Below, one piece after another: positions 36,347 through 45,956 of a stretch of DNA of 64,000 nt. The DNA comes from Candidatus Nomurabacteria bacterium RIFCSPHIGHO2_12_FULL_42_19 (GTDB taxonomy: Bacteria > Patescibacteriota > Minisyncoccia > Phycocordibacterales > UBA9973). Location: positions 24,645 through 88,644 of the forward strand of contig MFUM01000005.1 of assembly GCA_001786955.1 (NCBI GenBank), given 5' to 3'. The translations under genes and the position numbers were made by a program. Every line of letters begins with the position of its first letter. Positions within the stretch are counted from its first letter, which is position 1. Below the pieces are notes generated by a model. That model did no database searches. It was not told where the DNA came from and saw only the letters and a program-made list of their open reading frames with translations.

Positions 36347-37060
36347 ATGCATAAACTTTCACAATCAACAATTGAAAAATTAGGATACTATGTTTACTTA
36401 CTTTCCGACCCTAGAACAGAGAAAATATTTTATGTCGGCAAGGGGCATGGTAATAGAATTAATCATCACTTGTTGGGTGCCTTGGAAGAAAACACAAAAG
36501 AAAGCGACAAAATTAAAACTATTAGAAAAATTCAATCTGCCGGATTGGAAGTTGGTCTAACAATCTTACGCCATGGTCTCACGGAGAAAGAAGCTTTTGA
36601 AATTGAGAGTTCTGTAATTGATTTAATAGGCATGAAAAATTTAACCAACTTGGTTCTTGGGCACTATTCTCTTGAGAGGGGAAAAATGATGCTAAAAAAT
36701 ATAGAGATTGAATATGAAGCTGAAGAAGCTGTCTTTACCGATAGAGCTATGCTTATCAGGATAAATAAACTTTATCGGTATGATATGTCCGATAAAGAAT
36801 TATATGAAGCAACGAGAAAGTATTGGATAATTAATTCATGGCGAGCAAGAATTTCACCCATCATCTGTGCCGTATACGCTGGAATTATTAGAGAGGTTTA
36901 TATGGTTCGTGCATGGATACCGCCATCTCCTAAAACTCCACGAAGGTGGTCGTTTGTTGGAGCAATTGCTCCTGAAGATATAAGAGAAAAATATATAGAT
37001 AAATCAGTAAAACATTTATTTAAAAAAGGGAGCCAAAACCCTATCAGATATGTTGGATGA
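36347..37060 (+). CDS. GIY-YIG nuclease domain protein with an unknown C-terminal domain
   Basis: GYYVYLLSD...IFYVGKGHGNR...H...E. Confidence 0.6.
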   Translation: MHKLSQSTIEKLGYYVYLLSDPRTEKIFYVGKGHGNRINHHLLGALEENTKESDKIKTIRKIQSAGLEVGLTILRHGLTEKEAFEIESSVIDLIGMKNLTNLVLGHYSLERGKMMLKNIEIEYEAEEAVFTDRAMLIRINKLYRYDMSDKELYEATRKYWIINSWRARISPIICAVYAGIIREVYMVRAWIPPSPKTPRRWSFVGAIAPEDIREKYIDKSVKHLFKKGSQNPIRYVG

Positions 37061-37111
37061 TTAAAAAATCAGAAAGTATTTTTATAGTATATGTGTTGTT
37101 TCTTAAGTAAA

Positions 37112-37693
37112 TTAAATAACTTCAGTTAATAACTCGGGAAATTCTTCAGTTTTCATGTCTCTTAATATGTAATGCCCTTTTCCTTTAAGTTCTATAACTT
37201 TAGCTTTAAGACTTCTTAAATAAATTTCCAAACTCTTTTTCCCGTCTTCTCTTTCGTCATCCGATGTAAACATAACAATTTCTCCGACTCTGTCGTTAAT
37301 AGTTTCGTCTATTGGATAAACATAAAATTTCTCCCTAAAAGGATCATTAGCTTTTGGTATCTTCCAGGGTGCGACAAGTATCAATTTCTTGATTCTTTGT
37401 TTTGATTCTCCCAGCCACCGAACCAGAAAAGCACATCCGCAACTATGCCCGATTAAAATGGTGTTTTCCGAAACAGGGTATTTCTCGAATTCTTTTTTAA
37501 AAGTTTCGTAATCTGGTTCCCATGGACTCGGCATCATTGGAGTTTCAGTGTGTATACCCCTTAAGGTTAATTCTTTTTTTACATAAGGTATCCAATGTTT
37601 GAAATAAGATCCAGGGTCGTTTATATCGATTAGTTCCTTGGGGCTTGAAGGACATCCATGAACTATTATGCAATTCAGTTGGCTTTTTTCCAT
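37112..37693 (-). CDS. alpha/beta hydrolase, RBBP9/YdeN-like serine hydrolase
   Basis: IIVHGCPSS..., nucleophile elbow GHSCG. Confidence 0.65.
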   Translation of the reverse strand: MEKSQLNCIIVHGCPSSPKELIDINDPGSYFKHWIPYVKKELTLRGIHTETPMMPSPWEPDYETFKKEFEKYPVSENTILIGHSCGCAFLVRWLGESKQRIKKLILVAPWKIPKANDPFREKFYVYPIDETINDRVGEIVMFTSDDEREDGKKSLEIYLRSLKAKVIELKGKGHYILRDMKTEEFPELLTEVI

Positions 37694-37841
37694 GGTTCTA
37701 TTATATCAAAAACTACCTTTCATGGTGTCCATTGTGTCTATTCAGTCCCGACCGAGAGGGCTGAACATGATATACTGAAATTACCTTAAGGGTCCTTTGG
37801 TGGTCTACCATACCAAAGTTCACAACCATGAGGGGGCACCA

Positions 37842-38702
37842 ATGAAAATAAAAATCTTATACGAAGATTCTAATATTTTGGCCATAGACAAACCATCTAG
37901 TGTTTCTGTGCATAACGACGGGCGGAGTCGTGATGAGACAATCGCTGACTGGGTGCTTAAAAATTATCCAAAAATGAAAAATGTCGGCGAGGATGAAATC
38001 TATGAAAATAAAAAGATAAAAACAGAAATAAAAAAGCCGGGAATCGTGCACAGGTTAGACCGCGAGACTTCCGGTGTTTTACTTTTGGCGAAAAATCAAA
38101 AAGCGTATGAATTTTTAAAAAACCAATTCTCCGCCCCCGCTCTTGGATTAAAAACTGGGAGCGGGTTGGCGGACAGGCAAGATAGAATCAATAAAACCTA
38201 CGTTGCGATAGTTAATGGTTGGGTGAAAAACGATCGCGGAGTAATCAACAAGCCGATTGGCCGAAGCCCCAAAGATTTCCGCCGCCACCTTGCCGGCCGT
38301 GGCGCAAGGGGGGAATTGCGGGAAGCAATTACGGAATATAGAGTTTTAAAAAGGTTTGAGGCAAAAACGGAACCTCAGAGAATTTCTTCGTCGCGTAAGT
38401 CCCACCCGGTACTCCGGGAAGGGTCAAGCGCGAAGAAATTGCCTGAGGTGGAGTCAAAATTTACTTATCTGGAAATAAAACCCAAAACCGGCCGAACGCA
38501 TCAAATCCGGGTGCATATGAAATTTTTAAATCATCCTGTGGTCTGCGATTCACTTTACAATCCTAACGGTCCTTGCCTCAAAAGCATAAAACATTTAGCC
38601 CTGCATGCTAAATCTATAGAATTCAAAAATTTAAAAGGGAATATGGTAAAAATCGAATCACCTTTACCGAGAGAATTTAAAGAAATAACGAATTGCCTTT
38701 AG
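37842..38702 (+). CDS. RluA-family pseudouridine synthase
   Basis: HRLDRETSGVLLLAK catalytic motif. SD GAGGGGG upstream of the ATG at 37842. Confidence 0.85.
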   Translation: MKIKILYEDSNILAIDKPSSVSVHNDGRSRDETIADWVLKNYPKMKNVGEDEIYENKKIKTEIKKPGIVHRLDRETSGVLLLAKNQKAYEFLKNQFSAPALGLKTGSGLADRQDRINKTYVAIVNGWVKNDRGVINKPIGRSPKDFRRHLAGRGARGELREAITEYRVLKRFEAKTEPQRISSSRKSHPVLREGSSAKKLPEVESKFTYLEIKPKTGRTHQIRVHMKFLNHPVVCDSLYNPNGPCLKSIKHLALHAKSIEFKNLKGNMVKIESPLPREFKEITNCL

Positions 38703-38730
38703 AAATATTTCATGTTAAAGTGTTTTAGTC

Positions 38731-39162
38731 ATGACAGGAAACAAAATCAATAAAATAAAATTTAGCCCGGTAGATATTGAAGAACGCAAGAAACTTGACT
38801 TCAAGGCAGGAGACACCATTTCCGTCTCTTCAAAAATTCTGGACGAAAAAGGTCCTGCCAAGGACGGGGCAAACAAATACCGCTTGCAGACTTTTGAGGG
38901 CATCGTGCTTGCCAGGAAGCACGGCACGGAAGCGGGAGCCACTTTTACCGTCAGGAAAATCGCTTCCGGAGTCGGAGTTGAAAGAATTTTTCCGCTTTAT
39001 TCTCCAATGGTAGATAAAATTGAAATAACTAAAAAATCCCGCGCCCGCCGGTCAAAACTTTACTATATCCGCACCAAAGCCGTTAAAGACGTTCGCAGCA
39101 AGATGCGTTCGGTTGCTAATCAGGAAGAAGAGGCAGAGACTACAGAAAAAGTTGCAGAATAA
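38731..39162 (+). CDS. rplS: 50S ribosomal protein L19 with a C-terminal extension
   Basis: L19 core (GDTISV...RLQTFEGIV...RKIASGVGVERIFPL). Confidence 0.9.
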   Translation: MTGNKINKIKFSPVDIEERKKLDFKAGDTISVSSKILDEKGPAKDGANKYRLQTFEGIVLARKHGTEAGATFTVRKIASGVGVERIFPLYSPMVDKIEITKKSRARRSKLYYIRTKAVKDVRSKMRSVANQEEEAETTEKVAE

Positions 39163-39190
39163 TTTTTTAATTTTGGTATACTTCCAATAT

Positions 39191-39274
39191 GCGCGAGTGG
39201 CGAAACTGGTAGACGTACTACCTTGAGGTGGTAGCGCCCGCAAGGGCATGGGAGTTCAAATCTCCCCTCGCGCA
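39191..39274 (+). tRNA. tRNA-Leu (anticodon GAG), long variable arm
   Basis: Acceptor GCGCGAG/CTCGCGC, loop TTGAGGT, T-loop TTCAAAT. Confidence 0.85.
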
Positions 39275-39277
39275 CAT

Positions 39278-39350
39278 GGTGCCTATGGTGTAATGGTTAG
39301 CACTAGAGCTTGTGGAGCTCTTAGTCAGGGTTCGAATCCCTGTAGGCACC
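39278..39350 (+). tRNA. tRNA-His (anticodon GTG) with encoded G-1
   Basis: G-1 pairs with C73, loop TTGTGGA, T-loop TTCGAAT. Confidence 0.85.
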
Positions 39351-39353
39351 CAG

Positions 39354-39743
39354 TTATTTTTTTTCTATATCTTGGTCAATATGCTCCAATTTCTTTTCTA
39401 CCCTATTTAGAATATTTTGTAAATTTTTTAATTGAGTTTCTTCTGTTTGTATTTCGCTTTCTTCTTTTTCTGTAAGTTTTTTTTCACCAATAAGTCCGGA
39501 AATAATAAGCTTTTTTCCGATAAATTCTGAAACAAACACACCAGTCATTAAAAGAATTACAGTTCCGATAATAAAAGATATACCACTTTCTAAATTTATA
39601 TCATCGGCCAGATGCCAGACTCCGCGCCAAAATAACACGATTCCAACGCCCCCTATAAATGCATAAAGAATAGGGTAATGGCTCAGTTTTCCCCTTATTT
39701 TATCTTCTATTTTATCAAAAAATCTCACAATCTTTTTAATCAT
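39354..39743 (-). CDS. hypothetical membrane protein
   Basis: 129 aa, two TM helices, coiled-coil tail. Confidence 0.4.
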   Translation of the reverse strand: MIKKIVRFFDKIEDKIRGKLSHYPILYAFIGGVGIVLFWRGVWHLADDINLESGISFIIGTVILLMTGVFVSEFIGKKLIISGLIGEKKLTEKEESEIQTEETQLKNLQNILNRVEKKLEHIDQDIEKK

Positions 39744-39824
39744 TATCTAATAATACACTAATATAATGATTATTTCTATATTAATTGTTATAATTGATTA
39801 TTATTATTAATAATTACACCTGTT

Positions 39825-40193
39825 ATGAATATGGCAAATGAAAAAAAACTTGAGTGGATTTTAAGAATTGGCGTAGCTGGCGAGTTTTTAGGTCACGGCG
39901 TCTTTGCTGTTTTAGGCAAAGCTGACTGGATAAAATGGACCGAGCAATTGACTGGACTTGATACAGCCACTGCCACTACATTTATGCTTGTGGTGGGGAT
40001 AGTAGACATTTTATTGGCAATTTTAGTACTGGTCAAACCAATGAAGCCTATTTTATTGTGGATGGCTTTTTGGGGTTTTTGGACCGCCCTTGTCAGGCCG
40101 ATAGTAGGTTTACCAATCTGGGATTTCATAGAGCGTTTCGCAAACTGGGCAGCGCCGTTGGCTTTATATTATTTTTATAAATCTGAAAAATAA
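39825..40193 (+). CDS. DoxX-like small membrane protein
   Basis: 122 aa with 3-4 TM helices. Confidence 0.4.
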   Translation: MNMANEKKLEWILRIGVAGEFLGHGVFAVLGKADWIKWTEQLTGLDTATATTFMLVVGIVDILLAILVLVKPMKPILLWMAFWGFWTALVRPIVGLPIWDFIERFANWAAPLALYYFYKSEK

Positions 40194-40227
40194 AAATATT
40201 ATTTGGAATAATAAAAATCTTGCAAAA

Positions 40228-40749
40228 GTGCTTGAACAAAACGGCGTTGTGGTAATGCCGACGGATACTTTATATGGGATTGTGGGAAGAGCTCAGAATA
40301 TATCCGTTGTTGAGCGGATTTATAAGATGCGCAAACGTGCGTCCGACAAGCCGTGCATAGTATTAATTGGAGATATAAATGAAACAAAAAAATTTTCTGT
40401 GAATCTTTCGGAAGAGCAAAAAAACGTTATCAAAAATTGTATTGTTTCCACGAGTATTATTTTAGATTGTCCCGATAATTCTTTTGCCTATCTGCATCGC
40501 GGGACGAAAACCCTTGCATTTCGTATTCCATTAAATCAAGACCTGCAAAATTTCCTATTAAAAACCGGTCCGCTAATTGCGCCATCGGCGAATCCGGAAG
40601 GATTGCCTCCGGCAAAAAATATTGCGGAAGCGAAGAAATATTTTGGCAATATGGTTGATTTGTATTTGAATGGAGGAGAGATTGTAGGCAAGGCATCTAA
40701 AGTTATTAAATTACATAAAGACGGTTCTGTTTCTATAATTAGGGAGTGA
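40228..40749 (+). CDS. tsaC: L-threonylcarbamoyladenylate synthase (TsaC/YrdC family)
   Basis: VMPTDTLYGIVGRA...KMRKRASDKP, typical of YrdC. Confidence 0.85.
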   Translation: MLEQNGVVVMPTDTLYGIVGRAQNISVVERIYKMRKRASDKPCIVLIGDINETKKFSVNLSEEQKNVIKNCIVSTSIILDCPDNSFAYLHRGTKTLAFRIPLNQDLQNFLLKTGPLIAPSANPEGLPPAKNIAEAKKYFGNMVDLYLNGGEIVGKASKVIKLHKDGSVSIIRE

Positions 40750-40824
40750 GTGAGAAATAATAAATTTATTTAAATATTGCGAGCGAGCGATGTAATTATA
40801 TTGTATTCGTTATATACTTAGAGA

Positions 40825-42195
40825 ATGAGAAAGAGCGTTTGGGAGAAATTTTTTAGCGCACCGGCAGAGATATTGGAAAAAAGCGTGGAGGTCGGACGCG
40901 AATTAGGGCATGATATTGCGGAAGAAAAACCCGTAAAAGCGGCGGCGGAATACTGGAAAACCCTGGGTCCGGGGCTTGTTACCGGCGCCGCGGACGACGA
41001 TCCGTCCGGTATTGCCACTTATTCCCAAATGGGTGCTTCGCAAGGTTTTGGTCTTATTTGGCTGTCTCTTTTCTCTTTTCCCTTGATGGGAGTTGTGCAA
41101 GAAATGTGCGCCCGCATCGGGCTTGTTACCGGTGTCGGCCTGGCTGCGAATATCAGGAAGCATTATTCAAGAAAAATTCTTTATCTATGCACGGCGCTTT
41201 TGCTTTTTGCCAATGTTTTTAATATTGGAGCAGACCTGGGAGCGATGGCCAAGGGTACCCAGCTGATATTTCCCGCTGTTCCTTTCGCTTTTTTAATTTT
41301 TCTTTTTGCGGGGTTTTCTTTGTTTCTTCAGATTTTTATTTCTTATAAAAGATATGCTAAATATCTAAAATATCTCACATTTGTCCTTTTTGCCTATGTA
41401 ATTTCAACTTTTTCCGTGAAAATAAATTGGATGGAAGTATTGCGGAATACGGTAATACCGAGTCTTTATTTTTCCAAAGACGCGATAATCCTTGTTTGCG
41501 CGGCTTTGGGCACGACCATCAGCCCGTATTTATTTTTCTGGCAATCTTCGCAGGAAGTTGAAGAAGAAATTTTAAAAGGAGAAAAGACCGAAGAAATGCG
41601 CCGCGCCAATAACAGCCAGGAAGATATCCGCAAAATGCGCACCGATGTCTGGTCCGGCATGTTCGTTTCAAACCTGATAATGTTTTTCATTATTGCCGCT
41701 TGCGCGGCGACGCTTTTTGCGAACGGAATCACCAATATCGCGACGGCCTCCGATGCCGCTATCGCTCTTCGTCCGTTTGCCGGAGATTTCGCTTTCGCGC
41801 TTTTTGCCCTGGGAATTTTGGGCACCGGGCTTCTAGCCATTCCCGTGCTTGCGGGTTCGGCATCTTACGCTATTTCCGAATCCTTCGGCTGGAAGACCGG
41901 GCTTTACAGGAAATTGAAACAAGCGACTTCTTTTTACGGAGTCATCATTGTCGCGATGGCGCTCGGCATAATTTTGAATTTTGTCGGTCTTGATCCGATT
42001 AAGGCGTTAATTTACTCGGCGGTGCTGAACGGCATCATTTCTCCATTTATGATTTTTCTCATCATTCGCCTGAGCGGGGATGAGAGCGTGATGGGCAGTT
42101 TTAAAAATAAGAGAGCCGGCAACATTTTCGGATGGCTGACTTTTATTTTGATTTCCCTGGTCGGGATTGGGACGGTTGCCGCTTTACTCCTATGA
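40825..42195 (+). CDS. mntH: NRAMP-family divalent metal transporter
   Basis: GPGLVTGAADDDPSGIATYSQ signature, about 11 TM helices. Confidence 0.85.
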   Translation: MRKSVWEKFFSAPAEILEKSVEVGRELGHDIAEEKPVKAAAEYWKTLGPGLVTGAADDDPSGIATYSQMGASQGFGLIWLSLFSFPLMGVVQEMCARIGLVTGVGLAANIRKHYSRKILYLCTALLLFANVFNIGADLGAMAKGTQLIFPAVPFAFLIFLFAGFSLFLQIFISYKRYAKYLKYLTFVLFAYVISTFSVKINWMEVLRNTVIPSLYFSKDAIILVCAALGTTISPYLFFWQSSQEVEEEILKGEKTEEMRRANNSQEDIRKMRTDVWSGMFVSNLIMFFIIAACAATLFANGITNIATASDAAIALRPFAGDFAFALFALGILGTGLLAIPVLAGSASYAISESFGWKTGLYRKLKQATSFYGVIIVAMALGIILNFVGLDPIKALIYSAVLNGIISPFMIFLIIRLSGDESVMGSFKNKRAGNIFGWLTFILISLVGIGTVAALLL

Positions 42196-43205
42196 AAATC
42201 GAGAAAAATTACAATTTATCCAAACTGAACACTTTCGGCATTTCGGCTCGGGCGAAGTTTTTTGTGGAAATCCACAGCGAAGATGAACTACAGGAGCTTT
42301 TTGTCCTGTCTGAATTTAAAAATAATCAAAAAATATTTCTTGGCGGGGGGAGTAATATTCTTTTTACTGAAGATTTTAACGGTATTATTGTTTTAAATAA
42401 GCTGAAAGGCATGGAAATTCTTAACGAAGATGCCGAGTCTATTGTAATTCGCTCAATGAGCGGAGAAAATTGGCACGATTTAGTAGTTTTTACCGTCCGG
42501 CGCGGGTATTGGGGCATAGAAAATTTATCGCTTATTCCGGGGACAGTTGGCGCTGCGCCAATGCAGAATATCGGGGCGTATGGAGCCGAACTTAAAAATG
42601 TTTTAGAAAATGTTGAAACTTTTGATACCGCGACAGGAATTAAAAGAATTTTCAGCCGAGAGGAATGCAAATTGGGATATCGGGATAGTATTTTTAAAAA
42701 TGAGCTGAAAGACAAGTATTTTATTTCAGCCATAACTTTGAAATTAAGCAAGATAGGAGAAAAAAATACCAGCTATAAAGCATTGCAAGAACATCTGGAA
42801 AAAAATAAAATTGAAGTTAAAAATCCGAAAGACATAAGTGACGCCGTAATATTTATACGCCAAAGCAAGCTGCCGGATCCGAAGGTTATAGGCAATGCCG
42901 GAAGTTTTTTTAAAAATGTTTTCGTGAAAAAAGAACAATTGCAAAAATTGCGGGCAGATTATCCCGATATGCCATATTTTGAGGAAGACGGAGTAAATAA
43001 AATCCCTGCCGGGTGGCTGATTGAACAGTGCGGATGGAAAGGGCGCAGAGTCGGCAACGTCGGCGTGCATGACAAACAAGCGCTGGTTTTGGTTAATCAC
43101 GGTGGCGCGACCGGCACAGAACTTGTAAAATTGGCAAAAAAAATAATCATATCCGTTAAAGAAAAATTCGGCCTTGAATTGGTCCCGGAAGTCAATTTGA
43201 TTTAA
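42193..43205 (+). CDS. murB: UDP-N-acetylenolpyruvoylglucosamine reductase MurB
   Basis: FAD-binding GGGSNILF, MurB C-terminal domain. Confidence 0.85.
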
Positions 43206-43256
43206 TTTTTTTGGGGTGTATAATTAAATTATTAAAAACCTAAATATTTTTAAGCC

Positions 43257-43763
43257 ATGGAAAAGAAAAATATAAATGTAATTTTAGCTATCATAATTTG
43301 CCTAGCGGTGGCAGGAACTTTAATCTTTATCAGTATAAATAATAAAGTAAATAATACAAATATGCCTTTAAATGATAATACAAACAATATGATACCAAAT
43401 AATACTGTGGACAATACACCTGCATCCGTAAATCCGACTCTGGCAGGAGAGATAGCGAAAACAGGCCTGCCTGCGCAGGCAGGGGACACGGTTTCCATGA
43501 ATTACACCGGACGCTTGGAAAACGGGACGGTTTTTGATTCAAATGTGGACCCAAAATTCAACCATGTAGAGCCGTTTGAATTTACTTTAGGCGCCGGACA
43601 AGTAATTGCCGGCTGGGATAAAGGGATAGTCGGAATGAAAATCGGCGAAAAGAAAACTCTTACGATACCGCCGGCGGATGGATACGGAGCAAATGGACAA
43701 GGACCGATTCCCCCGAATTCAACTCTCATTTTTGAAGTCGAATTATTAGCAATTAAAAAATAG
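43257..43763 (+). CDS. FKBP-type peptidyl-prolyl cis-trans isomerase, secreted
   Basis: TM/signal N-terminus. FKBP core (GDTVSMNYTGRLENGTVFDS...YGANG). Confidence 0.85.
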   Translation: MEKKNINVILAIIICLAVAGTLIFISINNKVNNTNMPLNDNTNNMIPNNTVDNTPASVNPTLAGEIAKTGLPAQAGDTVSMNYTGRLENGTVFDSNVDPKFNHVEPFEFTLGAGQVIAGWDKGIVGMKIGEKKTLTIPPADGYGANGQGPIPPNSTLIFEVELLAIKK

Positions 43764-43767
43764 ACAT

Positions 43768-44589
43768 ATGGAAACACTGGATGATTATAAAAAGAAAATA
43801 TTCAAAGTGCTATTTGTTTTATTAATTATTTTATCAGCCTATTTTGCTGTTAAAATATTTTCGGAAATAAAGAAAGACAGCATGCTGGGGCAGAGCCTAG
43901 AGCCGGCAACTATTTCATTCTCCGGCCATGGAGAAGTTACGGCTGTTCCGGATATTGCAAATATTTATTTTACGATTAGTAAAGACGACAAAACTGTCAA
44001 AGACGCCCAGGTCGGCGTAGTGGTTATAGAAAAAAAAGCTCTGGATATTTTAAAAGCAAAAGGCGTAGCTGATAAAGATATCAAAACTGCGAATGCTTCT
44101 TTCAATCCTAAATATGAATATAAGCAAGCCATATGCCCGGCAGGGGGAGCCGAAATGACGGGGCCAGCTTATTATTGTCCTCCCGGCAGACAAGTTGTCG
44201 TTGGTTACACGGCTAGCGAAAGCATTACCGTTAAAATAAGAAATACGGATGATGTTGGTGCAATTATGCAGGAACTTGGCATGTCTGGCGTTTCAAATTT
44301 GAGCGGCCCGAACTTTGCGATAGACAATGAAGATGGATTGAAAGCGGAAGCCAGGAAAAAAGCAATTGACGACGCAAAAGCCAAGGCGAAAATTTTAGCC
44401 AAAGATTTAGGGGTGCGTTTAGTTAAAATTACTTCTTTCAGCGAGTCTGGGAATTACCCCATAATGTATGCCAAGACCGCTATGATGGATTCTGCCGCAG
44501 GTGGAACTCCAGCTCCAGCGGTAATTCCTAAAGGAGAGAACACAATTAGCTCAGATATAACGATAACTTACGAGATAAGGCAAGATTGA
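43768..44589 (+). CDS. SIMPL/DUF541 family periplasmic protein
   Basis: SIMPL architecture (ISFSGHGEVTAVPD...ENTISSDITITYEI). Confidence 0.7.
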   Translation: METLDDYKKKIFKVLFVLLIILSAYFAVKIFSEIKKDSMLGQSLEPATISFSGHGEVTAVPDIANIYFTISKDDKTVKDAQVGVVVIEKKALDILKAKGVADKDIKTANASFNPKYEYKQAICPAGGAEMTGPAYYCPPGRQVVVGYTASESITVKIRNTDDVGAIMQELGMSGVSNLSGPNFAIDNEDGLKAEARKKAIDDAKAKAKILAKDLGVRLVKITSFSESGNYPIMYAKTAMMDSAAGGTPAPAVIPKGENTISSDITITYEIRQD

Positions 44590-44614
44590 CTATTTTTTAA
44601 AAAAGAGTATTATT

Positions 44615-44640
44615 AAAAAAGCCCTGAGAGGGGCTTTTTT
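44615..44640 (+). terminator. rho-independent terminator AAAAAAGCCCTGAGAGGGGCTTTTTT
   Basis: GC stem plus T tract. Confidence 0.8.
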
Positions 44641-44660
44641 AAGAGGATTAATTAAAAGAT

Positions 44661-44846
44661 ATGTCAAAAATTACCGAGTATTTTAAGGAAACAAAGACAG
44701 AACTAAAGCATGTGATTTGGCCTAGCCGAAATCAGACTTTTTACTACACTCTGATTGTCATTATTTTATCTGTTGTTATCGCGTATTATTTAGGTATTTT
44801 TGATTTTATTTTTTCAAAAGGCTTGGAAAAAATAATTTCTATTTAA
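44661..44846 (+). CDS. secE: preprotein translocase subunit SecE
   Basis: 61 aa with a single TM. Context before nusG. Confidence 0.8.
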   Translation: MSKITEYFKETKTELKHVIWPSRNQTFYYTLIVIILSVVIAYYLGIFDFIFSKGLEKIISI

Positions 44847-44870
44847 GGTTTTTGGAATTCATTTAAATCT

Positions 44871-45416
44871 ATGTCCAAACAAGAAACACAAGCAGTCAGG
44901 AATTGGTATGCGATACACACTTATGCCGGATACGAAAACGTTGTTCTGCGCAATTTGAGACAGCGTATCGATTCTCTTGGCATGAATGACAAAATTTTTA
45001 ATGTCATTGTTCCGATTGAAAAAAAGATAAAAATCAAGGGCGGCAAAAGAGTGGAAGTGGAAGAAAAAATTTATCCGGGTTATGTCTTGGTGGATATGAT
45101 TGTGACGGATGATTCCTGGTATGTGGTCAGGAATACCCCCAGGGTTACCGGTTTCGTCGGCGCGGGCGTGAATCCCGTTCCGCTTAAAAAAGAAGAAGTT
45201 GATTATTTGTTTAAAAAGATGGATGCCGGTACCGCCAAGCACAACATTGATATGGCGGTCGGCGAAACTGTTTTGATTACCGACGGCCCGTTCAAAGATC
45301 TTGAGGGCAAGATAAATTCCGTAGACCAAGACCGAGGAAAAGTCAAAGTCCTTGTTTCGATGTTTGGCCGCGAAACCCCAGTTGAACTGGATTTCTTGCA
45401 AGTCCGCAAAATTTAA
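44871..45416 (+). CDS. nusG: transcription termination/antitermination factor NusG
   Basis: NGN domain (WYAIHTYAGYEN) plus KOW (GETVLITDGPFKDLEGKI). Confidence 0.9.
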   Translation: MSKQETQAVRNWYAIHTYAGYENVVLRNLRQRIDSLGMNDKIFNVIVPIEKKIKIKGGKRVEVEEKIYPGYVLVDMIVTDDSWYVVRNTPRVTGFVGAGVNPVPLKKEEVDYLFKKMDAGTAKHNIDMAVGETVLITDGPFKDLEGKINSVDQDRGKVKVLVSMFGRETPVELDFLQVRKI

Positions 45417-45430
45417 TATAATGTAAAATT

Positions 45431-45853
45431 ATGGCAAAAAAGATAACCAAAAAAATAAAACTGCAAATCCAAGCCGCCAAGGCTACGCCGGCGCCTCCTT
45501 TGGGCCCCGCGCTCGGCCAGGCAGGTATTAATATTGGTGATTTTGTTACCAAGTTCAACGCTGCCACTCAAAAAATGGCAGGCGACAAGGTGTCTGTAAA
45601 TATTACTGTCTATGAAGACAGAAGTTATGATTTTGTCGTAAAAACTCCGCCTGTTTCCGGTCTGATTTTAAAAGCGGCCGGAGTGGAAAAAGGTTCAGGC
45701 AAAAATGTTGCTACCAAAGCTGGAAAAATAACTAAAAAACAAGCGCAAGAAATTGCCGAAAAGAAAATGCCTGACCTGAACGCCAAAGACATAGAAGGCG
45801 CTGTCCGCATCATTGCCGGCTCTGCCCGTTCAATGGGGATAGAAGTAAAATAA
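45431..45853 (+). CDS. rplK: 50S ribosomal protein L11
   Basis: [20 protein letters not shown]. Not followed by rplA. Confidence 0.9.
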   Translation: MAKKITKKIKLQIQAAKATPAPPLGPALGQAGINIGDFVTKFNAATQKMAGDKVSVNITVYEDRSYDFVVKTPPVSGLILKAAGVEKGSGKNVATKAGKITKKQAQEIAEKKMPDLNAKDIEGAVRIIAGSARSMGIEVK

Positions 45854-45956
45854 TTTACTTCTATCGACCGGAGCCCGACGGGGCGAGGTGTGCCCAGGCA
45901 ATTTTTCAGCAGAAAAATATGTGTGGGTTGAAGTTAAATAATTAATTATAAAGCAA

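Larger units (their letters stand above)
21769..37762. mobile_element. putative integrated mobile/defence island next to tRNA-Val/tRNA-Arg. Boundaries are inferred from near-identical direct repeats CCGACCGAGAGG(G)CT at 21782-21795 and 37748-37762
   Basis: Cargo: large serine recombinase, type IIG RM plus KAP NTPase, ParB-MTase, GIY-YIG nucleases, phage-like HTH protein. The island is more AT-rich than its flanks and lies next to tRNAs. Confidence 0.55.

Noticed and set aside
45854-45956. GC hairpin after rplK as an L1-binding autoregulatory site or a third copy of the 71-nt element
   Set aside because: Only the CCC-GACG-GGG mini-hairpin and a TTTTTC-AGCA-GAAAAA hairpin are shared. There is no extended similarity to the 71-nt core and no rplA downstream. 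Not enough to call.
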